Shown here: positions 57,049 to 64,000 of the stretch, piece by piece
Layout of the letters: the number at the start of each line of letters is the position of its first letter
Numbering within the stretch: the first letter of the stretch is position 1
Sequence record: OQ992561.1
Direction: 5' to 3' (one strand)
DNA: 64,000 nucleotides
Notes under the pieces: generated by a model
What the model was told of the DNA's origin: nothing
Database searches by the model: none
What the model saw: only the letters and a program-made list of their open reading frames with translations
Translations under genes and position numbers: made by a program

Positions 57049-57222
57049 ATGCTAGCATTACATTCACTACTATTATTAGTTATAGTGATTTGTTATATAA
57101 TTCATAAGTGGTTGTGGTATACTTTCAATATGTTTAAACTAAAAGACATTATTAAAAATAAAGACAATTTAACTAATGATGAACTATTAAAATTACTCAT
57201 TGATAAAATAAAGGCAACCTAA
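57049..57222 (+). CDS. 57-aa membrane peptide, absent from ORF track
   Basis: MLALHSLLLLVIVICYIIHKWLWY...; AGGT SD; TAATG-coupled to the next gene. Confidence 0.65.
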   Translation: MLALHSLLLLVIVICYIIHKWLWYTFNMFKLKDIIKNKDNLTNDELLKLLIDKIKAT

Positions 57223-57689
57223 TGTATCCATTCTTTACAGGTAATGAGAAAGTTACTGTAGATGTTCTTGATGATAAACATAATCTACATAGAAGTTGGA
57301 CTGATTATAAACATCCCATCACGACGCGTGTGGACGGTAAACTAACCAATGTGTGGTATAAAGTTGAACCACCGATGAGTGCTAAGGATATTGAAAATAA
57401 CTTTACAATTGACAAAGATAAAGTTAAATTATCTAATCGTTTGCACCAAGCTTTAGATGCAACGTTGATTAAAAATGAATTAGAAGAGTTTAACAAATTA
57501 ATTGATCTATGCGTAAAACATGTTAATTCAGTTAGTATTCATCTAGGTCTTACTATTTGGAAATTAGCAGATACTGTAAAATATGAAAAAGCAGATTTAA
57601 AGAAACTATTTAATGCACATTATACCAAATCTACTGAACTTGTAAAAGAAAAGAATATAGTGCCCTCAGTAGAAGATATCTTCCTATAA
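57222..57689 (+). CDS. Hypothetical early protein
   Basis: ORF. Confidence 0.75.
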   Translation: MYPFFTGNEKVTVDVLDDKHNLHRSWTDYKHPITTRVDGKLTNVWYKVEPPMSAKDIENNFTIDKDKVKLSNRLHQALDATLIKNELEEFNKLIDLCVKHVNSVSIHLGLTIWKLADTVKYEKADLKKLFNAHYTKSTELVKEKNIVPSVEDIFL

Positions 57690-57711
57690 TTTATTTAAAG
57701 GTAATACAAAT

Positions 57712-58620
57712 ATGCTAAAGGTAAAATCATTACTCACTGGCCATATTCTTCGAGCTACCTATGATTGGTTTCTTGAGAATAACTTCAGAGATATTCTAAT
57801 TGTAGCACATACTCAATTAGTACCTGATTTATCTGAGGTAGCTCTAAAGCATGCGAAAGAAGATCACACTATCACTTTCAATATCCATCCACGCTGTGCA
57901 AAGAATTTTTATATCAGTGACGAATATATCTCTTTCAATGTAACAGTAAATGGAGTTGGGGTCAGTATTAAACTTCCTCTTTATGCAGTATTGGGTGTAG
58001 TTACACCTATTGATGATAATTCTAACGCATTCTTTGAAATGCCACTAGTAGATAGATATCTCAATGCAGATACTATTCGTGCAACATTAGAAGGAACTGT
58101 TAATAATGTAGTTGACAAAAACCCAGTATTAACTACCGTAGGTAATGTCACTGAGGTTAATTTTAAAAATAAAGCCGATACCACTAATGGTAAGTTAGTT
58201 GTAAGGAATACATCTGAGAATGAGCATGATCAGATGATTGAAAGCGCCATTAACAGAGTAACTGAATTTAGTAATCCAGAATTAGATGCACATATTAGAG
58301 TAGCGGTAACTGTAATTAAACAGAATGCACCAGAATTAATTATGGATTGGTGTGAGCGGGTTATTAATTGTACACGTAATGAAAACTATCAGGATAACAT
58401 CAATGTACTTATGATGGAACTCCTCAGTTACCCTATTTCAAATGTGGTTAGTGAATCAACTGTGGACTCGGGTGATAATACATCTAATTCATTTGACAAT
58501 GATGTAAATAAGATGGTTGAGGATTTCAATAATTCTTCCAATTCGCAGGTTATTATTAATAAACCTTCTCGTCCTACCGGTACACCAAAACTCACTGTTA
58601 TTAAAGGTGGTAAGAAATGA
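57712..58620 (+). CDS. sspB: SspB-like ClpXP adaptor with long insertion
   Basis: ILRATYDWFLEN...ITFNIHPRC...ISFNVTVNG...LPLYAVLG matches the SspB fold; C-terminal RPTGTPKLTVIK resembles the ClpX-binding tail. Confidence 0.82.
   Translation: MLKVKSLLTGHILRATYDWFLENNFRDILIVAHTQLVPDLSEVALKHAKEDHTITFNIHPRCAKNFYISDEYISFNVTVNGVGVSIKLPLYAVLGVVTPIDDNSNAFFEMPLVDRYLNADTIRATLEGTVNNVVDKNPVLTTVGNVTEVNFKNKADTTNGKLVVRNTSENEHDQMIESAINRVTEFSNPELDAHIRVAVTVIKQNAPELIMDWCERVINCTRNENYQDNINVLMMELLSYPISNVVSESTVDSGDNTSNSFDNDVNKMVEDFNNSSNSQVIINKPSRPTGTPKLTVIKGGKK
58443..58475 (+). repeat. 33-nt dispersed repeat, copy 2 (in SspB-like gene, encodes VVSESTVDSGD)
   Basis: 31/33 identical to the reverse complement of 12999-13031. 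Confidence 0.9.
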
Positions 58621-58874
58621 ATGCAACTTTAGCAATTCTTTTTAGTAGTATCAGTATCGCTGGTTATCAAGCCAATGGTGCATCGCAGTCAACCGCTGAG
58701 TTCTCTGACATGGCTACTTGTTTTAGCGCGATTGAGCGCATTCAAAAACTAGCTAAAGCAAGTGCTATTCGTAATAATGTAGAGACTGTAAAAATCAGTG
58801 ATGGTGTTCTATTACGTTATTTTTCTTCTAGTACTAGTAAAGTAGAACATACTCTAATCTGTGTAAATAAATAG
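58617..58874 (+). CDS. Small hypothetical (possibly exported) protein
   Basis: ATGA-coupled; hydrophobic N-terminus; Cys pair. Confidence 0.7.
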   Translation: MNATLAILFSSISIAGYQANGASQSTAEFSDMATCFSAIERIQKLAKASAIRNNVETVKISDGVLLRYFSSSTSKVEHTLICVNK

Positions 58875-58882
58875 GTACGGAT

Positions 58883-59590
58883 ATGTCTGAGAAAATGTAT
58901 TTATCTTTTTCTGGAATTGGACACAATGACGTAATCAAACAAGATCTTAATGGATTCGTTCCAATGGATGTATCAACTATTGATAATGAAGTGGCTGATC
59001 GATTATTTTATACTCCATTCAATAGTTCTGAACCAGGTACCTCATTACCTAATGTTGCTAATGTGGTATTCAAGGTATTACCTATCCATATCGAGGATAA
59101 CACTATCTGTGTTTTAGATAGTTGTTCTAGTACCGAATACTCATTGAATGACTTAGTTGATACCAGTGTCTCATCATTAGAAACATATGGTCCATTAATA
59201 GATTTACGTAGTAGTGATCCAATTGAGACATATGCTAATCAGGCAGTGTATACTTGGTTAAATAAGAATATCTGTGATATCGAATTTGAAGTACATGGCG
59301 GGCTGCAAGTGCAACTAACTGCTGACCAAGTGCGTTCCAATGTTAATGCATTTGTAGCAGGTATTGATCTTGACATCGACGATAAATTGATGGTATATGT
59401 GGTGATTAAAATCAATGATCGTTTATACGATGCTTGGTCTAGTCAACATGTGGTGGAACCATTAACAATGTATCATGTGCAAGGTGGTCATGAGCCTATT
59501 GTCTATAGTGAGACCCATATTGAAAATAGCCTATTGCGATATGCTAAAGAGAAAGGTTGGGCTGAAATTTTGACACGTATTGGTCTGTAA
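58883..59590 (+). CDS. Hypothetical acidic protein
   Basis: ORF. Confidence 0.8.
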   Translation: MSEKMYLSFSGIGHNDVIKQDLNGFVPMDVSTIDNEVADRLFYTPFNSSEPGTSLPNVANVVFKVLPIHIEDNTICVLDSCSSTEYSLNDLVDTSVSSLETYGPLIDLRSSDPIETYANQAVYTWLNKNICDIEFEVHGGLQVQLTADQVRSNVNAFVAGIDLDIDDKLMVYVVIKINDRLYDAWSSQHVVEPLTMYHVQGGHEPIVYSETHIENSLLRYAKEKGWAEILTRIGL

Positions 59591-59654
59591 TAAAAATACT
59601 TTTAATAGATTAATATTATAGGCAAGATACTAGCCGATTGGTTAGTTGCGCTTA

Positions 59655-59674
59655 GGGAGTCCTTCGGGACTCCC
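59655..59674 (+). terminator. Hairpin/terminator, UUCG loop
   Basis: gggagtcc-ttcg-ggactccc; weak U-tract. Confidence 0.6.
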
Positions 59675-59695
59675 GTATACCGTCTAGGAGGTTTT

Positions 59696-59989
59696 ATGTA
59701 TACAGTTACACTTGAACAAGTAGGACACCGTATACAGTCTAGTTTAAGTGCTTTTGTAATTAGACCGTTTGAAAATACCATTACGCATAATGATACGTCT
59801 TATTACTTGATTATGGGTAAAGATGATTTCGATAACATGCACATGGAATGGCGAGATGTAGTTGTAGCTGATAGTCAAGCAGTTATAGTCGCTACATACA
59901 CTCCATCGAAAAACTCATTTAATCTTGTAAAAAATGAATTAGGTATTCCAGTTAATATCAAATACAAACGGATAGAGGTTGATCTATGA
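59696..59989 (+). CDS. Hypothetical protein
   Basis: AGGAGG SD. Confidence 0.8.
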   Translation: MYTVTLEQVGHRIQSSLSAFVIRPFENTITHNDTSYYLIMGKDDFDNMHMEWRDVVVADSQAVIVATYTPSKNSFNLVKNELGIPVNIKYKRIEVDL

Positions 59990-60016
59990 TTACCAGTAAG
60001 GTTAGAGGAATGAAGT

Positions 60017-60217
60017 ATGGATCGTCTTGATGAAAGAATCGCATTCAGTGTAAAGTCGTACAAAATTTTCAATGCTCTCTCCCATGGCCGAGTTCGGGCA
60101 TTGATTATTAACTTTAAAGATGGTAAGGGTACGATCGTATCTATTAGTGATGATCGCCGCCATGATAAACATCTCTGGTTCAACTGTGGACTAGTAGACA
60201 ATCCGAGGATCAAGTAA
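60017..60217 (+). CDS. Hypothetical small protein
   Basis: GAGGA upstream; TAATG-coupled to thyA. Confidence 0.65.
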   Translation: MDRLDERIAFSVKSYKIFNALSHGRVRALIINFKDGKGTIVSISDDRRHDKHLWFNCGLVDNPRIK

Positions 60218-61683
60218 TGGAACAATATCTTAATTCAATCCGTTTAGTTAAAGAACACGGTGTACATAAAGGTGACCGTACTGGTACTGGTACTCAGAGC
60301 ATGTTTGGTCAACAAGAACGTTATAGTCTGCGTAATAATCGGCTACCAGTTGTAACCACCAAGAAGATTCATCTAGCTTCTGTAATTCATGAATTGTTCT
60401 GGATGCTGTCAGGTGATACTAAGGTGGATTACCTGATCGCTAATGGTGTACGCATCTGGAACGAGTGGGTTAAACCTGAAACCGCAGTATATGAGCCGAT
60501 GACCGATGAGGCCGTTCTTAAAGCAGTAACTGCCCTCATTGGTGCCCCATTCGTAATGTACTTACATTGTATGAACGATGACTCTACTCCATTCATTGAG
60601 ACTGTAGCGGAATTCGAGTCGGGTATGACTCCAGAGACTATTCAGGCCTTCTGGGATGAATATCCAGTTAACCGTGAGGAAATCCAATACATCATTGGAG
60701 TTAGCGTAACGTCGTGGAATAGGTTCGCTACTGAAGGGTTCGATGAAGCCAAAAATCCTGAAGGTATTCGTGCTGAATATAACAAGCGACTGTATCGTGC
60801 TTTGATGCATAAAGAACCAGAGCGTCTGGTCGGCGGCGATCTAGGTGCTGTTTACGGTAAGACATGGCGTAATCTTGAAGACACTCGTGTAATCCCTAAA
60901 TATGAGTGGTTTGATTATGAGAAGCGTGGTTTTGACTTCGTGGCGGATATCCCAGGTACAACCATGGAAACCGATCGATGCGTGGTTACTCGACGTATCG
61001 ACCAAATCCAAGACATCATCGATCAACTTCGCACCAACCCGGATTCTCGTCGGATCATTGTTTGTGCATGGGCGCCACATCTTATTGATGAGCAGGCACT
61101 CCCACCTTGCCACGCATTTATTCAGTTCTGGACCCGTGAACTGACCGTAGATGAACGAGTGCAAGCTCTAGACCAAACCCAGTTCGAAGCTGATGCTTAT
61201 CATGATAAGATTAGTGGTGAGATTACTCGTGGTCAACCTCCATTCGATAGTGCTGAGCAGGTTAAAGCACTTCTGCGTGTCTGTCGTGGTTATGAAAAGG
61301 CTACAGATGAAGCAGTAGTAGAATGGCTGGATCAACATGGTGTTCCTAAACGTGCATTGAGTTGCCAACTCTATCAAAGATCTTGTGATACTTTCTTAGG
61401 AAAACCCTTTAATATCACGTTCTACAGTCTGCTGACCCATATGTTAGCTAACCAAATGAATATGGTAGCTGAAGAGTTTATCTGGACTGGTGGTGATGTA
61501 CATATTTACTCTAACCACCAAGAACAAACCGATCTTCAATTAACTCGTGAACCGAAGGTTCTACCTACCATTCGTTTCAAACAAGAAGCTATTGGTAAAG
61601 ATATTCGGGAAATTGGTGTAGATGATTTTGTTATCGAGAACTACGAATATCATCCACACATTGCTGGTAAAGTTGCTGTCTAA
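60217..61683 (+). CDS. thyA: Thymidylate synthase with large insertions
   Basis: DRTGTGT, VTTKKIH, SRRIIV, LPPCH, QRSCD..LG.PFN, GDVHIY.NH. Confidence 0.96.
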   Translation: MEQYLNSIRLVKEHGVHKGDRTGTGTQSMFGQQERYSLRNNRLPVVTTKKIHLASVIHELFWMLSGDTKVDYLIANGVRIWNEWVKPETAVYEPMTDEAVLKAVTALIGAPFVMYLHCMNDDSTPFIETVAEFESGMTPETIQAFWDEYPVNREEIQYIIGVSVTSWNRFATEGFDEAKNPEGIRAEYNKRLYRALMHKEPERLVGGDLGAVYGKTWRNLEDTRVIPKYEWFDYEKRGFDFVADIPGTTMETDRCVVTRRIDQIQDIIDQLRTNPDSRRIIVCAWAPHLIDEQALPPCHAFIQFWTRELTVDERVQALDQTQFEADAYHDKISGEITRGQPPFDSAEQVKALLRVCRGYEKATDEAVVEWLDQHGVPKRALSCQLYQRSCDTFLGKPFNITFYSLLTHMLANQMNMVAEEFIWTGGDVHIYSNHQEQTDLQLTREPKVLPTIRFKQEAIGKDIREIGVDDFVIENYEYHPHIAGKVAV

Positions 61684-61690
61684 CATAAAT

Positions 61691-61714
61691 GCCTCCCTTC
61701 GGGGAGGCTTTATT
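61691..61714 (+). terminator. Intrinsic terminator (CCTCCC family, UUCG loop)
   Basis: gcctccc-ttcg-gggaggc-tttattt. Confidence 0.85.
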
Positions 61715-61816
61715 TCCCTATAGTTCATTTGGGATATTCAGCGAATACTACTATGCACAGACTCCTACCTAGTGGACCGATGTAGTACGTAAATACAATA
61801 CAAAGGAATTTGTCCT

Positions 61817-62224
61817 ATGAACAACATTGAACTGAAGCGTCAACTTGAAATGGTTATTGAATTGATGGGGGTCTTTCCTGATCCTCTCACGATCGGTATC
61901 GCCGGTAATAGAGTAACCAAAGAAACTCGCTGTAGCCTTTTTAACGGAAAAGATCCAGGTGAAGAGTTTAGTATTGGTCTTGGTATCAGTAGTCGCAAGC
62001 AATGGTTGAAGCTTGCAGATCATGCACTGATTCTTACTAAGCCCGAGAAAGAGCCTATTGTCATCCCGTACGAGGCTATATGCGAACTATCGACACCACT
62101 GAAATTCGAAGAGGAACTTGTGAGCAAAGGTTGGTTTGTATACAATTTGCTGGGTACATCGATGTTCATGTATCTGGACACAGGTAAAGAAGAAAAACTC
62201 AAATTTGAAAAGGTTGGTGGATAA
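61817..62224 (+). CDS. Hypothetical protein
   Basis: AAGGA SD; TAATG-coupled to next gene. Confidence 0.75.
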   Translation: MNNIELKRQLEMVIELMGVFPDPLTIGIAGNRVTKETRCSLFNGKDPGEEFSIGLGISSRKQWLKLADHALILTKPEKEPIVIPYEAICELSTPLKFEEELVSKGWFVYNLLGTSMFMYLDTGKEEKLKFEKVGG

Positions 62225-63042
62225 TGGATCCACGGCATCCAGTTAGCGACGAAATGCGCGCAATCATCGATACTGAACTTAATCGCATCGAGAAGAAGTA
62301 TGGTGTAAAAGTCATCTATGCCTGTGAATCAGGTAGTCGTGGGTGGGGCTTTGCTTCAACCAATAGTGACTATGACGTTCGTTTCATTTACGTTAACCAT
62401 CCGAGTCATTATGTTCGTGTGGATAATGAAGCACGTGATACTATTGAAGAGATGGTGTCTAAAGAACTAGACCTAGCTGGTTGGAGTATCACTAAGACTC
62501 TTCAGCTTGCTTACAAGTCTAACCCCACTCTCTTGGAATGGCTAAACTCCCCAATCGTTTACCGTAAGGTTGATCGGGACTACAAGTTAATCCGTGATGC
62601 TGCGCTAAAGCACTTCATCCCTGAATCGAGTTACATGCACTATATCTCGATGGCCAAACAAACCAAAATGCGTTGGTTGTCAGATGAGAAGATCCGGATG
62701 AAGAAATACTTCTACTCTCTTCGTCCTCTGTTGGCTGCAATGTGGGTCCGTGAAAGTCTGGAACATCCGCCGATGGTATTCCATGACCTACTGCCTCTTC
62801 TGTCAGATCCTATCCTTTATAAACGTATCCAAGAACTGGTTAATGATAAGGTTGGGTCTATTGAACAGGATCTGATAGATCGTTGCCCTATATTAGATCA
62901 GTTCATCGATTTTCAATTGAGTCGTGAGAAACCAGACTTCGGTAAATATGAACGTCCGGACATCTATGCACTTACCGATCTAGCCTGGCATTTTGTTGAC
63001 AAGTACAAGCTCGACACATTCTCGAAACTACAGTGTATATAA
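62224..63042 (+). CDS. Pol-beta superfamily nucleotidyltransferase, RlaP/YcgL-like
   Basis: YACESGSRGWGFASTNSDYDVRFIY, DLAGW, SNPTLLEWL.SP..Y, KKYFY.LRP. Confidence 0.88.
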   Translation: MDPRHPVSDEMRAIIDTELNRIEKKYGVKVIYACESGSRGWGFASTNSDYDVRFIYVNHPSHYVRVDNEARDTIEEMVSKELDLAGWSITKTLQLAYKSNPTLLEWLNSPIVYRKVDRDYKLIRDAALKHFIPESSYMHYISMAKQTKMRWLSDEKIRMKKYFYSLRPLLAAMWVRESLEHPPMVFHDLLPLLSDPILYKRIQELVNDKVGSIEQDLIDRCPILDQFIDFQLSREKPDFGKYERPDIYALTDLAWHFVDKYKLDTFSKLQCI

Positions 63043-63106
63043 CAAAGAAAATATTAGTAAATAAAGAAAAAAGTTTAATACTATCTTATTAAAAGGAAAA
63101 TATTTT

Positions 63107-63607
63107 ATGCTATTTAAAGATGAACTATGTATCGAAAATATCTTAGTAAAAGAAAAACTATACCTAGTTAGAAATATTGGTAGGAATCGTGAGGTATATC
63201 CTAATCCAAAAGTAACATATAAAGATATTAAGGAATTCGCTAAAATGTATGGTGTGATTCCAATGCAATTCTTAGGGCCGCTACTTCATGAAATCGTTGA
63301 ACGAGAAGATTTCGCCTTAAAAGGAAAAGAAGCACAGAAATTCATTGATGATAATCCTTATACTTTAATTGAATATGGTAGCAGTTTTCATATTTACTAC
63401 ATTATTCGTAATTATATTATCCCAACTACTACTGATCCAGATTGTAATAAATTCACTATTAATCTTTATAAGTATAAAGAATTTCTAGAAGAGGTTACTA
63501 ATAGGTTAAACATGCCACCTTTTTTGGACACCAGTGAACCTTATCGTAATTTCTTACTGACAATGCAAGAAAGTCTACGTACCATCCAGGATATTGTGGA
63601 AAATTAA
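63107..63607 (+). CDS. Hypothetical protein
   Basis: AAGGA SD. Confidence 0.7.
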   Translation: MLFKDELCIENILVKEKLYLVRNIGRNREVYPNPKVTYKDIKEFAKMYGVIPMQFLGPLLHEIVEREDFALKGKEAQKFIDDNPYTLIEYGSSFHIYYIIRNYIIPTTTDPDCNKFTINLYKYKEFLEEVTNRLNMPPFLDTSEPYRNFLLTMQESLRTIQDIVEN

Positions 63608-63660
63608 TGAAGTTTAGAATGTTAAAAGTTAATGTATTAAATTTACTCTACTACATACTT

Positions 63661-63688
63661 TACCCTACTCCATATTGGGGTAGGGGTA
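63661..63688 (+). terminator. Hairpin/terminator
   Basis: taccctactcc-atatt-ggggtaggggta with G-U pair. Confidence 0.6.
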
Positions 63689-63706
63689 TTAAGGTGGAGT
63701 ATAAAT

Positions 63707-64000
63707 ATGTCAAGCAACAAACTATCTGCACAACTTAATCGTCATCACAATACTCGTATAGTTAATTATTATGTTTCACTAGCCGAGAGTCGTTATAATG
63801 ACACTAATCCTTCAGCAAAGGCTAAAGGTAAATGGCGTAAACATAATCCGTTTAACTGCGGTAGGTCTCGTTGTATGCTATGTGGTAATCCGCGTAAACA
63901 TTGGAATAGGATTACTCTTAATGAATTAAAAATAAATATTTCATTAAAAGAGCAACTCAATGATCTTTATGTAGATTATACTACGCTGACTGAGGATTAA
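63707..64000 (+). CDS. Small basic protein with Cys cluster (CGRSRCMLCGNPRK)
   Basis: GGAG SD; Cys motif suggests metal binding. Confidence 0.75.
   Translation: MSSNKLSAQLNRHHNTRIVNYYVSLAESRYNDTNPSAKAKGKWRKHNPFNCGRSRCMLCGNPRKHWNRITLNELKINISLKEQLNDLYVDYTTLTED

Noticed and set aside
53311-63391. Shared hexapeptide YGSSFH in ORFs 53302 and 63107
   Set aside because: The Ser codons differ (TCT TCT vs AGC AGT) and there is no flanking similarity, so chance is likely, unlike the VVSESTVDSGD case.

Overview
64 kb segment of a phiKZ-like (Phikzvirus/Chimalliviridae) nucleus-forming jumbo phage genome, AT-rich, standard genetic code, very gene-dense. It starts in the 3' part of an SbcC/Rad50-like ATPase. 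It then carries the conserved virion block: head protease, virion RNA polymerase beta and beta' subunits, a 2237-aa tail lytic transglycosylase and neighbours. Next come a long accessory/nucleotide-metabolism region (dTMP kinase, dCTP deaminase, thymidylate synthase, SNF2-like helicase, AAA ATPase, SLOG protein, DEDDh exonuclease, SspB-like adaptor, RlaP-like nucleotidyltransferase) and many small early genes. Transcription is punctuated by TATATTAC early promoters and a family of CCCTCCC/GGGAGGG terminators. No tRNA, CRISPR array or mobile element was seen. Best leads: (1) a 33-nt, 11-codon piece of the vRNAP beta active-site-proximal motif (VVSESTVDSGD) recurs in frame inside the SspB-like ClpXP adaptor 45 kb away; (2) a Tad1-like signal-sponge domain fused to a propeptide-like leader in the late virion operon; (3) a compact, highly structured ~180-nt intergenic RNA candidate beside the helicase gene; (4) a TCC-TTT-TGA candidate +1 frameshift joining two small ORFs. 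Family and phiKZ gene-number assignments come from motif recall and synteny, not database searches.
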